DNA of 64,000 nt from Neoechinorhynchus agilis (GCA_051530055.1 CM121342.1:186001-250000), one strand, 5' to 3'; positions 48,610 through 61,606 are shown, counted from the stretch's first letter. Notes: a model not told the origin generated them from the letters alone. Translations and numbers: made by a program.

Positions 48610-49907
48610 TAAAACACTGCAGTCGATTTCTGTTTTCCTGTATGTTATTTGATCATGATCAGAGGATATATCATGTGTCATGAGCACATATTCGAATTTT
48701 TAAGCTAATGACGTCATATTTACGATTTAAAGAGCTAAAAAACTAAAGCACAAATAAAACACTGCAGTGGATTAAGTGGATTAAGTGGATTATTTTCCTG
48801 TATGTTATTTGCTCGAAATCGGAAGATATTGCATGAGCACGTGTTCTAATTTTAAAGCTGATGACGTCATGTTTTCGATATAAAAACGAATAGACTAAAG
48901 CACAATATAAACTGCCGTCGATTTCTGTTTTCCTGTATGTTGTTTGCTGGAAATGAGAAGATATTGCTTGAGCACGTGTGTTAATTTTTGAACTTTTTAC
49001 GTTTTTTTATACGAGTAAGCGGCAGACGTAACTAATGCTGCCTTAATGGTGAACCATTTATGATTCAACGTGTTTTCAATACAAACAACCAAAAATGCAG
49101 CAACAAAATACCGCAGTCGAATTCTGTTTTCCTTTGTGTTATTTGCTCAAAATCAGTAGATATCTCATGAGCATAGGTTCTAATTTTTAAGCAGATGACG
49201 TCAAGTTTTCGACACAAACAACGAAAAAATAAACCAATAAAACACTGCCGTCGATTTCTGTTTTCCTGTATGTTATTTGCTATAAATCAGAAGATATTGG
49301 ATGAGCACCTTTTCAATTTTTAAACAGATGACGTTTTTTGCAACGAGCAAACAGCGGAGGTAACTTGGTTTCGATGTAAACAACGAGAAAAGTAAAGGAG
49401 CAATAATATACTGCGCTCAATTTTGTTTTCCTGTATGTTATTTGCTCAAAATGAGAAGATATTGCATGGCACGTGTTCTAATCTTTAGGCCGATCGAGTC
49501 ATGTTCTCGATGTAAAAAACGAAAAAACCAAAGCACCAATAAAACACCGCAGTCGATCTCTGTTTTCTTGCATGTTATTTGCAATAAATATGAAAATATT
49601 GCATGATCACGTGTTCTAATTTACAAACTGATGACGTAATGCTTTCAATATAAACTACGAAAAAGAAGCAGCACGGAAAAACTTCGGTGGATTTATGTTT
49701 TTATGTTTGTCATTTTCTCAAAATCAGAAGACATTGCATGATCACGTGTTTTAATTTTTGAACTGATGACGTCATGTTTTTGTTAAAAACAACGAAAAGA
49801 CTAAAGCAAGAATAAAACGCTGCTGTCGATTTCTGTATTTCTGTTTGTTATTTTCTCAAAATTGGAAGATATTGCATGAGTACGTGTTCTTATTTTTAAA
49901 CTGATGA
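48610..49907. repeat. ~135-145-bp satellite, about 9 diverged copies
   Basis: Repeated aataaaacac/ttttcctgtatgttatttgc anchors. Confidence 0.9.
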
Positions 49908-51039
49908 CGGATAAACGGCGGACGTTGCTCATTTTTCAAGTTATTGGATCATTGAACGTTTTAAAAGCTTCTCTGCCCGCTAAGAGAGCTTTACTTGAAG
50001 TTATCAACAAGCCTTCCTCTCGTCATAGCTTATATACCAAACCTAACCCTTACATTGGTTTCCTGGAGAGGGGGCACTCTATGTATGCCCAGGTTTTTGA
50101 CATCGTGCTGCAATGTAATTTTGCTAGCGTCACAAGGCTCTTTTTATGATACAATTCAATCGAAACAAAACACGTTCAATCAGCTAATGTTCAGCACTTT
50201 TTAACTTTCAATGATGTAGTTAATTTCCCGAAACGTCGACAACAAATCTAGTCATCAATTCTTAGCGGGTTCCGAGAGCTTCGACTGACGTCATTTATAA
50301 GCACTCATTCACGTCGTAGCTCATATGTTATGCCTAGCCCTTACTGGGATCTCTTCTCCGAGATTAAGTGAACCTTTTTAAGATAAGGTGGCCGCTTGTC
50401 ATTCTCCACGGCAAAGATAGGTTGCAAATTTTTGGATGCTGCATCCTTTTTTAAAACGTAGTGATTTTTAACGTATCTAATTACGGCACCAATCGGTTCA
50501 CCTGATTGAATTTTTTATTCTATCAGCTTTAAAAATCGATTGTAAATTTTCATTTGAAAAAACATTAAAAAACACTTAAGAAGACGATTAAAATCGCAGT
50601 TGATTTAAAAAGACTTTCGAAAAGCACATTACATGGTTACTCCTCATAAATTATTTTTCGATTAAAAAACAGTGATAAAAATTTAAACGCGCGCCAAATG
50701 ATTACGCAAACAATAATTCTTTCGTTTTTTTGCACATTATAAATTGCTGCCCTTTTCCTATAGCTGCCTCCATGTTCCTGTATCGTTCTTTTTTGTTCGC
50801 CTATGAAATGAGCGATTTTGGAGCTATGGGCTTATAAAGGCATCTCAGAGCGTCTGTGAACGTAAGTAATTTGTTGGAAACGTATTTTTCCCAATCAATG
50901 GAGCCTTCTGATCGATGTAGGATATCGCTCTCCGTCTCCAGAAAGCATCTGTACCTTGAATGGAAGTTATTTTTGCTTTATTCATCTACCACACTGAAGC
51001 ATTACTTGGGGAGATTAGACTCAGCTCACACTCATCGAA

Positions 51040-52260
51040 AGCTCCTTCCCCTAAGTTCCTTGTAAGTTTAAGAATCTTCTTTAGTCTGCACCTACATTGC
51101 TCGTCTTTACGTCTGAGATTAGCGGGGCGATGTCGCATGAGGCTTCGAGCTTAACCATTAAGGATGGAATTGCATAGTCGTTTGCTTTGATTTGAGGCCT
51201 CGAGAGCTTTCGCAGGGATAAGTACCTGACTCATTAATCCAAACGATGAATTTGTGGCTGTGCGAGATCGAATTCGAAGAGGAACATCGTCGCTTGGAGT
51301 TTGCACTACAAAATCGCATTAATGGGCAGTCTCTGCGGCCCTCAATATGAAGTGAACTGATAGTTCGTTGTAATTTTTAGTAGCATCCAGTGTGTCATTT
51401 AATGTGAGATTTGCATCAAGAATCATTTTTACTATATGAAGTGAAACAGGGTCCAAGATGCGGTCCTTTACTCTCCTCCATTGTGTAGGTTTCTCGAGGA
51501 CGAGAAAGGCGGCGGTCACCAGTACCATTGTTGAATTTTTCTTTAGCTTTATAATTTTGAGGCCGAGACTTTGAGCCTTGACAAAATCTGTGACTGTACG
51601 AAACGCATTTTGCTGGATTGAAGGACAATCCGATGCTTCGCAATTCTGTAACCGTAACATCGAGCTTATTCTGAAGTCCGGCCTTATCCTTACTGACCAA
51701 CAAAATATCATCTTCGCCATAACTGCTGCCCGTTCCAATGAGGTCTCATAGTAGACCGCCACATCTACTATATAAACCCGATCATTTATGTTTGTCCTCA
51801 CAATGAGGTCGGACTTGTGTACGTTGCCGCCGTCGTCCATAATGTGATTTTTTCTATCGACGGTGTAACTGATGCCTCGGATTGAATCTCTTTTGGCGGA
51901 TTTTGCTTCTACTGCATTTAGTGCGCCTATAAAGACTTTCACGACGTCGTAGTGTCTTTTAATCATTGCTTCCGTCGAGAAGTCACACTGATTAATTACG
52001 TGCAAGCACGTTTCTGTTTGATGGGCGCAATGGCGACAGGCTTTTGTCCTATTGTTTGAGATCCTTGCCATAACGGCACCAACCTCTAGAAGTTCAGCTC
52101 GCATTTTTATCAATTCCGTGTATTGCCTGTGATGGCACTGTATGTATCTGAATGATAACATTTTTGGGTCTGCGAATCCGTTGGTAAAGGCCTGATATCC
52201 GTTTGCCTGTGTTTTTGCCTCCGCCCATTTTTTTTTCGTACTCTGCGTTAACGCCGCTTT
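51040..52260 (-). mobile_element. R2-like family H, scrambled fragments
   Basis: Order on the minus strand: CCHC/RLE, then RT motifs 5-7, then OTU-like domain, then thumb. Confidence 0.82.
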
Positions 52261-52367
52261 TGCCTAGATCTCTCATAAACGATGCAAGCCACTTTCTCCT
52301 TCGAGAATGCCAATAAAACTGAAGCTATTGAAATCGTTAAAATTGACTGAAATTACATTACTATTTA

Positions 52368-52449
52368 TAAAGAAACAATGATGGTAGTGGTATTTTACCG
52401 GCGCGGCCTCCCACCTATTCTACGCCCATCATGTTTCTTCACAGAGACT

Positions 52450-52487
<38 letters not shown>

Positions 52488-52494
52488 GTTACTC

Positions 52495-52528
<34 letters not shown>

Positions 52529-52572
52529 GCTGCAGACAGGGACTGTAGGAATCTCAATAATCCATTCATGCA

Positions 52573-52604
<32 letters not shown>
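52368..52604 (-). pseudogene. 28S fragment (~240 bp) starting at the R2 site
   Basis: Reverse complement of 58411-58650. Confidence 0.93.
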
Positions 52605-55022
52605 GGGACGCGGTTTATTGTAAGGATATCGCTCATTCAGTTAATTACAATTTGTTAAATGTCAATTTTAATTCGTTGTTTTACTTAGAATTGAGACTAT
52701 TGATTTCAAAATAGTACTGCGCGAAGTAGACTACCGTTACTTTGTCGAAACTTTCCTCCTTCTCCCCATAAAATAGTGAAAGACTAAGACTTCCTCGAGC
52801 GGCGGCATTTGCCATTTTAATTGCCGTGGGTTTCCCTAGCTTAAAGTTTTCGAGTCGATTCCAAAGAACAGGTGAGTATGTCCCTCGTGAGCCGACGGGT
52901 AGTCCAACTGTGTATACATTGGAACATTCTACGTTGAACCGTCGTGCAATCGCTGGCCGAGTTACGTTGTATTTTTCTTGCTTGTACTTAGCCATCGCTG
53001 CTGCTTTGTCTGTATCATTTTCGTAAAAAACAGCAACGTCTACAACATAAATTCGATCAGTTTTGTGATCTTTTACAACCATTTCGGGCTTGAATAGGTT
53101 CCCATTGTCATCATGGACGTGTATATCTTCCAATACCTCCATTGAATTACTGTTCCTATGGCTTAGCTCTTGTATGAACGTGCTCTGTACAGCATCATGC
53201 CTTCTAATCATCGCGTCCGTTGAACTTTTACATTGATTCAGGACATGGAGAACTGTCTCCGTCGGGTTCTTGCAGTGCCAGCAAAATTTGCTTCGATTTT
53301 TGTCCATGCGCGAGAGCACGCTCCCCACCTCCAGCAGTTCGCATCTTAATTTTACGCTCTCTACGTAGTTCCTGTAGTGATCTTGCCGGTAACGATATGA
53401 TATTAAGCTTGGGTCGATAAATCCGTTTATGAAAAATTGAATTCCGTTTGACTGCGATGTTGCCGACGCCCACGATTGTTTCCAGTACTCGATTTTGAGT
53501 CGAGAGAAGTTCCTAAGTGACTCTTCGTTTAGTTAGCCAATGCCTACTTCTTTGATAATCATTTGAATGAAATTTCGCTGCTTTCCTGTTAAGGTATGTG
53601 TGTCCGGAAACCTAGTATTCAAACTCAAATAAGCTGATATCCTTGATTGGCACACGTTAAATTTTATTGATCTAAATCCTAAGCCGCCATGTTTGAGTGG
53701 CAGATGAAGGAGGCCTGTATTCAAGTTTTCACAATTGGCTTGCTATCTATTATCATATATCCCTGCTTGAATTTGTGGGAGTATGTTCGACATTTGTTCG
53801 GGTTAAATGAAAGACCCACATTGGCGAGCATTTCCTTTGCAATATCCAGTTTTGCTTGGAGACCTTCCGCAGACTTGCTAATGAGCAATATGTCGTCTGC
53901 ATATACTAAGTGTCCCAACCTGACTCCTTCCAAGTCAAGGTCCAGGTCCATTCCTCTCAACTTTTGAAGCGTTTCTTCCAAATTAACGCAAAAAGGAAAG
54001 GCGAAAGGGGGTCACCCTGTTTAACGCCCCTACGAAAATATATGGGCCCCGACGGCTCAGATTTTGGGATATATATTCTTGTAAATGAGTCGGACAAGGA
54101 GTTTTGGACATATCTGGTCAAGTAGGATGGAATATCTTTCCTCCTGAGAGACTGGACAATCGCTTTGTGTTCCACACTATAAAACGCCGCCGTTATATCC
54201 AGTACCGCAAGCGCTATCTCCTTGCGGCTTGAACGACTGTTGCGCATCGCGCCACGTAAAATCATATTGTTCGCCAAGCACGCGGAACTGCTAAAGGCCG
54301 TCTGGCCTACGTCGAGACTGCATCGACGTCGGATCCGACTGAGCAATACTCTATGAAAAAGGCGCATGAGGCAAGATGCTATAGTGATAGGACGCCAGCA
54401 GTCCAACTTGCGCAGTTCGTTTGCGGACTTTCCAATCTTTGGAATAAGAATAGTCTTATTTTCTTTAAATTGAATCGGCGGAGACCCATTCTGCAGCGTC
54501 AGATTGAATAGAACCGTTACTAAAATGAGCGATTTATCGAAGGAAGATACCTTTCTAAGCGATAGACCATCGGGACCAGCGGAACTGGATCCCTTCATAC
54601 CAGCTAAACTTTCTCGAACTTCCTCTACGGTAATCGACCTCTAGATTCTCTCCCACACTCCATTACATTCCTCATTGAAGTCAGACACATTGGAGTCGGA
54701 GTCTGCACCGTGTCGCCCCTCAAATACCTCACGGTAGTGGGAGAATGCCTCTCTGCCGCTAATCGCAAAAATCGCGTTCTTCTGTTCCCCCTTAAAGACA
54801 TTAGATGCTAATCTAGATGTGTTGGAGAAATATTGAGCACTGTTACGGCGTTTCATTACCAATTTATGCTGGAGTGAGTTTATCCCACGGTTACGCACGC
54901 AGGGATAACAGCCGGACCCGTCAAGCCATATGTTGAATACATGGTGTGCTACCAATTGTGACCTTATTTTTGCGCACGAGTCACTAGTGGGGCTGTGGAT
55001 ATTAAAATCACTGCTATAAGCT
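52605..55022 (-). mobile_element. R2-like family G, 5'-truncated, with internal deletion and frameshifts
   Basis: WRPITIAS, GVKQGDPLSP, YADD, CWHC..HVLNQC, KPEMVV; 3' end AATAAACCGCGTCCC|TAGCC. Confidence 0.92.
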
Positions 55023-58000
55023 CTGAGGGAACGGCCAATTACAATCACGAAATCATTGATAGTTTCAGTAGGATAGATCGGATAGATTGCTTAAACACGG
55101 ACGCGACGGACGGTACTTTTCTCACTGCAGGCGCGGAATCCCAATTTACGGTCGAGGAGGCATACGAGTTTCTGCACAGCGCAGCAGCTGCCCCTGGACT
55201 TCAACCAAGGTATAGGGCATTCTTGTCAAGTGAGAGGGTGTTCTTTCGTTTCCAAAACAGAATTAACACAAAATTGGTCGATGATTTTTGCACCCGATTC
55301 ACTAAATACATAGTAGGTACCAAAAGGGCTAGCCCCAACTTATCCGTTGCCAAAGAGAAGGGCCTCCGCATCGTGAAAATTAGGAAATCCTCCCATATGG
55401 CGTTGTCTGTCGTATCGTTTCACGTCTACAGAAACCCTTACCTTTATAGGAAGGTGGCGTCCGAAGTCGCGAATTTTGTAATTGGTTCGGTGGATAGATA
55501 TTTGACCTATAACTTTGAAGACGCTAATTTGAGCCTCGGCGAAATGATCGACGATTTGAAACGGGGGATATGTACCTCAGATGATCTGGTTTTTCGGGCA
55601 GCAGCGGAGCTTTACGGAGTAGATTTTGTCTTGCATAGTTCGACCAAGGACTTGGACTCAAGAGTAAGATGCCCGCTTGTGGCAAAATAAGTTTTCAACA
55701 TCTGGACCGATCAGTCCGGTTGCTACCCCTGTGCTCGATCTCGAGGGCTTAATAAGTACGCGCAGAGAGCCATCCTTAGAAGGAGATATCGCGCAATGTA
55801 TTTCTCGAATACATCCCGGCTGGCCAATAGGATATTTAGAGATACCGCCAGGGAAGGGGAGTTTTCAGTTGGCAGAGAGGAGGCTGTCCAATATTTCAAG
55901 GACCTTTTTGAGGATTCAAGCGATATTGCTCCCTGGCAATTCTTCAGAACTACGCAGTAGACTCTGGAAGGCAATAACAGTAGAAGAGGTTCGTCAGTCA
56001 TTAAGGGGAATGAAAGGATCTAGTTCGGCGGGTCCCGACGGAATAAGTTTGCGTAAACTTGCGTCCTTTCACAAAAGTTTAACTCTTACTACTCTTCTCT
56101 TCAACCTAGCGCTACAAAATGGAGGTCCTCCTACCCAATGGAGGGAGAGCAAAACTCTCCTAATACCTAAGACTGGAAAATCTGCCCAACAACTAGGGAC
56201 GCTAGAAAATTGGAGGCCCATAACAATTGCATCTGGCTTACTGAGGCTTCTCCATCGAATATTACTACAACGACTAACGGCGGTATGCACCCTGGATGGG
56301 GGTCAGACTGTAGGTAGCGGGTCGGCCTGCCTGGTCAACAATATCATTCTTAAGGGGGCACTTCGACAATGCCGGGCAAAGCGTGTTGGGGTGGCAGTCG
56401 CTGTACTGGATGTGTCTAGTGCATTCGATAAGGTAAGTCATAGCGCAGTAATGCGTGAGTTAGCCCATCAGGATGTGCCCGAGTACCTCAAGAGATACAT
56501 TAGTAATTCATTCAGAGAGGCTTTTACGCGACTGCAGTTCCCAAACGCAAAACAGTCTGAAAGGATTTTCTTCAAGCGAGGAGTTAAACAAGGTGACCCT
56601 TTATCTCCGTTTTTATTCTCCCTCTCTTTAAAGCAACCACTTAGAGAGGTAAAGAAGCTTAATAATGACCTTGAAATTGACGGATATCGAATCAGCCATT
56701 TAACATATGCAGACGATCTTCTAATGTTTAGTAAGTCACCCGCGGACCTCCAACGTAAGCTTGATGTTGCTGAGGCTGCATTGCGGAATGTGGGTTTGTC
56801 TTTTAATCCTACCAAATGCGTTTCCTATAGCCACCATTTTAATGGCGGTTCGTTAATTGTCGACGCAAAACCAGTGGTAAGCATTTCGGGCGTCCAAGTT
56901 CGCACGGTAGTAGACGGAGACAATATCAATTATTTAGGCGGAAAACCTTGGTCGGCGTTCAATCAACAGGAGGTGAGGGATAGGATAGAAAGGGCTTTTA
57001 GCTTGACCAAAGAGGCAGGCTTGTCCCCCACTCAGGCAGCACATTTACTCAACGACTATTTTATGCCGTCGATTATCTCACAACTAGCAATTACACTAGA
57101 AATGAGCGCCACGTCACTGAGGTAAATCGATGATATGTGGCGAACCCGTATTAAAAAGTTGTTGTACTTGCCAAGGTACTTCAATGACGGGTTAGTGTAC
57201 TTACCACTAAGAATGGGCGGACTTGGAATAAAATCCATTTTAAGAGAGGTCTGTTGTGCCCGCCTGGCTGCTCTGAGATGCGCAGAACTGAGGCTACTGA
57301 AACTTAGCAGTTCAGTTGTCGGGCAGGCAGTCAGTTTTAAAGATTTAAATTGTGGAAATTCTGATGATTTTAATGAGTTTAATGTCTTAGAGAATTTTAA
57401 CGTTTTAATGCATTTTAAGTTCAGCTCTTTGGTGGAGCAATTTGGTAAATCCCTCGTTTTACTTTCTAAAAAGTTTGCAGAGGGTGGAGCGAATGCCGAG
57501 TTTGCTCGTCAATGGGAACGAGCAAAGACGCAGGCTAACGGCCACAAAGCATTTATAAATGGGTATGTAGATTCTAATCAGCTTTCAATTAGGTACAGAC
57601 AGGATAGACACAGGCAGTTTACGGAGCTGGTCAAGATGCGAGTTGAACTTCTAGAGGTGGGTCCCGTTTTTGCAAGGATGCCGAGTGAGAGGCTGAAAAC
57701 TTGCCGCAGTTGCAATTATGAGAGTGAAACTTGCTTGCACGTATTGAATGCTTGCGAGTTCTTGACGGACGCCATGGTCAAGCGACACAACGATGTTCAA
57801 AGATGCTTCGAAACAGCAATTAATCGATCTTACCAAGATAGTGATACAAGCACATCAGGCAAAGGTGGTGGTTTTACCGTCGATAACAATAACCACATAT
57901 TCGACGATGGTGGAAACCTTCACAAGCCAGACTTGCTTGTAAAAGAGGATAGTAGCGGCCGAATTTACATTGTCGATATAGCTGTCTACTATGAGACCTC

Positions 58001-58410
58001 TTTGGAACGAGCAGCAAGTATCGGAAAGGAAAATAAAAAGAAGTACGAAACAATACGATCAGCGGTTGCCAAAAAATATAACTGCACAGTTAGCAGCGTA
58101 AAAACGGTAGGTTTACCCGTTAAATCCAGAGGTACTTATTCTCCCTTCCTTTTAAATCGGTTGGCAATCTTCAAATTAACAAGGGATGCCGCGATCAAGA
58201 TGGCTAATGCAGCGGCAAAAGGAAGTATCAGGATCTTCCACAACTTTATGGAAAGAAGAAGAAATGAACTGTGAAAGATTCTTAAAGGAATGCAACGAAT
58301 GCAAATAATCACAACTATATGAATCAATCAGTCAATCAAACCAAACTATGGACAATAATTGAATTGATTAATAACACCTGTAAATCAAGCTCCATAATAA
58401 ACCGAGTCCC
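55023..58410 (+). mobile_element. R2-like family C, the most complete coding copy (OTU-like, RT, CCHC, RLE); stops at 55688 and 57123, one frameshift ~55930
   Basis: ORFs 54995-55690, 55677-57125 and 57135-58274; 3' end AATAAACCGAGTCCC|TAGCCAAATG. Confidence 0.95.
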
Positions 58411-58442
<32 letters not shown>

Positions 58443-58926
58443 TGCATGAATGGATTATTGAGATTCCTACTGTCTATGTCTGCAGCCTAGCGAAACCACA
58501 GCCAAGGGAACGGGCTCGGAGAGTAACAGCGGGGAAAGAAGACCCTGTTGATCTTGACTCCAGTCAGTCTCTGTGAAGAAACATGATGGGCGTAGAATAG
58601 GTGGGAAGCCGCGCCGGTGAAATACCCCTACCATCATTGTTTCTTTACTTACTCAGTGATTCAGGTAGCGTTAATTCGCTAATTGCGATATATAATCCTT
58701 TCTTTAGTGTCGAAGGAGTGTCTGGTCTGAGAACACAGACTGATTGGGAGTTTGACTGGGGCGGTACATCTGTTAAAACCTAACGCAGGTGTCCTAAGGC
58801 AATCTCAGCGTGGACAGAAACCTCGCATAGAGCGAAAGGGCAAAAGATTGCTTGATCTTGATTTTCAGTACGAATAAAGACAATGAAAGTTTGGCTTGTC
58901 GATCCTTTTGAATTTTACGAGTTTTA

Positions 58927-58973
<47 letters not shown>

Positions 58974-59077
58974 GGCCAAGCGTCCACAGCGACGTCGCTT
59001 TTTGATCCTTCGATGTTGGCTCTTCCTATCATTGGGATGCAAAAGTCCCATAGCGTTGGATTGTTCACCCATTAATA

Positions 59078-59115
<38 letters not shown>

Positions 59116-59595
59116 TAGTTGTACCCTACTGTTGAGCTGGTTGTTGTAATAGCAATCTTGCTAAGTACGAGAGGAACCGCAGGTTTGGACATCAGGTACA
59201 CGCACTCGGTCGAGAGGCCGATGGTGCGAAGCTTCGTCCGCAGGATTACGACTGAACGCCTCTAAGTCGGAAGCCTCCCTAGGAGCAACAACACTAATGC
59301 GCACTAGGCGGTCTGGATTTTTTACAAATGCGAGAACGAGCGAAGTTTTCCACGCGGAAATTACGTTTCTTCTCGACGATTTATCCGCCAGCGGCGACTT
59401 TATCATCTGCGCTCAGTGTCTACCTATAAAATGAATTGACCAGCGTAGTTGGCAGCCGTGTTTAATATCTCGCTGTACTTGTGCGTTAAATCATTTGCAG
59501 ACGACTTAATTCTCGGTAAACGTCTCGTAAATAGTAGAGTAGCCACCAAACTGCGAACTATTGAGACTTATGGTTTTAACCGGGGTATTTGTGTG
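58411..59595 (+). rRNA. 28S: 28S rRNA 3' portion from the R2 site
   Basis: TAGCCAAATGCCTCGTCATCTAATTAGTGACG ... AGTACGAGAGGAACCG ... AAATCATTTGCAGACGAC. Confidence 0.96.
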
Positions 59596-61602
59596 CTAAA
59601 GACACACGTCACCCATCCATATACCCCGAGTGACGCAATAGTGCACAGACTTGATAGAAAATGCTTCAGAAATGACAACGCCTATGCTTCAAAGTACGAA
59701 ACTTCTTATGCTGTGACGACTATGATGGTCCGATCAACAACCTTGAAGTAGGATGGCGCGGTCGAGAAGCATATGATGTGTGCTATTACGTGATAATAGG
59801 TGGATATCCGGGGTGAAACTTAAAGTCTCGTGACGTAAGCAATGTAAATGTGTTGAACGGGGTTCAAAACCTGGGTATATATATGAGGGACACCCTCAAT
59901 CGGGGTCCCTCTCAAGGCAAAGCATAGGACAGGCTATGCAAGGTTGTGCTAGACGGTGACGTCATTGATAGCTCTCTGAGCGCGACAGAGAAGCATGTGG
60001 CATAAAAAGGGTTCATGCTGGTGTGACATAATTGAACGCTCGATGAGCTGGGCCGAGAATCGTGCGGTATAAAAAGGTTCATGTTGTTGACCTAATTGAA
60101 AGCTCTCTTAACACGGCAGAGAAGCAAGAGGTGTCAGGTATGTTACGTAAGCAAGGTTGGCAAAAATGTCGAATATTGACATATACACGGAAGAAAAATA
60201 TTCAAAATTGAGAAAATGCTAAGTCTTATGACGTAAGCAATGTAAATGTGTTGAACGGGGTTCAAAACCTGGGTATATATTAGGGACACCCTCCATCGGG
60301 GTCCCTCTCAAGGCAAAGCATAGGACAGGCTATGCAAGGTTGTGCTAAACGGTGACGTCATTGATAGCTCTCTGAGCGCGACAGAGAAGCATGTGGCATA
60401 AAAAGGGTTCATGCTGGTGTGACATCATTGAACGCTCTATGAGCTGGGAAGAGAATCGTGAGGTATAAAAAGGTTCATGTTGTTGACCTAATTGATAGCT
60501 CTCTGAGAACGACAGAGAAGCATGTTGTAAAAAGGGTTCATGATTATGTGACGTAATTGAAAGGTCTGTGAGCTGGTCCGAGGAACGTGCGGTGCAGAAA
60601 GGTTCATGTTGTTGACCTTATTGATAGCTCTCTGAGAACGACAGAGAAGCATGTGGTAAAAAGGGTTCATGATTATGTGACGTAATTGAAAGGTCTGTGA
60701 GCTGGTCCGAGAAAGGTGCGGTGCAAAAAGGTTCATGTTGTTGACCTAATTGATAGCTCTCTGTTGATAGCTCTCTCTGAGAACGACAGAGAAGCATGCG
60801 GGTAAAAAGGGTTCATGATTATGTGACGTAATTGAACGCTCTATGAGCTGGTCAGAGGAACGTGCGGTGCAGAAAGGTTCATGTTGTTGACCTAATTGAT
60901 AGCTCTCTGAGAACGACAGAGAAGCATGTGGTAAAAAGGGTTCATGATTATGTGACGTAATTGAAAGGTCTGTGAGCTGGTCCGAGAAAGGTGCGGTGCA
61001 AAAAGGTTCATGGTGTTGACCTAATTGATAGCTCTCTGAGAACGACAGAGAAGCATGTGGTAAAAAGGGTTCATGATGGTGTGACGTAATTGAAAGCTCT
61101 ATGAGCTGGTCCGAGCAGCCTGTGGTGCAAAAAGGTTCACGTTGTTGACCTAATTGATAGCTCTCTGAGCGCGACAGAGAAGCGTGTGGCATTAACATAT
61201 CGATGTCAATCTATCAATCAATTCATTGATATTGTGTTTGTGATTGATTTAAATTGGTGGCAGTTAAAACTGTTAGTTGGCGCTAGCGGTTTATAGGCCA
61301 CATTATTGGATTGATGTGATTACGGAATGCTTACTTAGATGTTGTTGAACTCTAAGTAGCTGGTGGTTGGGCTGTAAATATTGGCGGAAATGCCACTTGA
61401 TGGCGTTATGTGATCGTGGAAAATTATCTGACCTACGGGTCAGTTAGAACTATTGTTTACTCATATAAATGGCGTAAACGGTTGTTGAATATCCTTCTTG
61501 GTTAAAGCTGAGATATTTTGTGTTTCGGTTCGAAACCGAAACTGTGCCTTTGCGAACGTTGTATCACCTGTTTTTTGTAACAGGGTTCAAAACCTGGGTA
61601 TA
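59596..61602 (+). other. rDNA intergenic spacer
   Basis: Lies between the 28S end and the ETS/18S. Confidence 0.9.
59823..61195. repeat. IGS subrepeats: two ~400-bp promoter-bearing units and ~129-bp units built from two ~65-bp halves
   Basis: The block from 59823 recurs from ~60223; ttgatagctctctgagaacgacagagaagcatg recurs every ~129 bp. Confidence 0.9.
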
Positions 61603-61606
61603 CATG
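61583..61606 (+). promoter_or_regulatory. Putative Pol I promoter/initiation site, with spacer duplicates at 59860 and 60258
   Basis: GGGTTCAAAACCTGGGTATA is exact in all three places; the last copy is ~490 bp upstream of the 18S. Confidence 0.6.

Noticed and set aside
50040-50130. RCQKPGH (zinc knuckle-like) or VKNLGIH (LINE-like) peptides on the minus strand
   Set aside because: Isolated short motifs in different frames among stops; not enough to classify the repeat.
58402-58410. Possibility that GTCCC before TAGCC is host 28S rather than element end
   Set aside because: Other junctions have different terminal bases (ATGCC, AGCTT, GAATT), so it is treated as element sequence. An uninserted 28S is needed to be certain.
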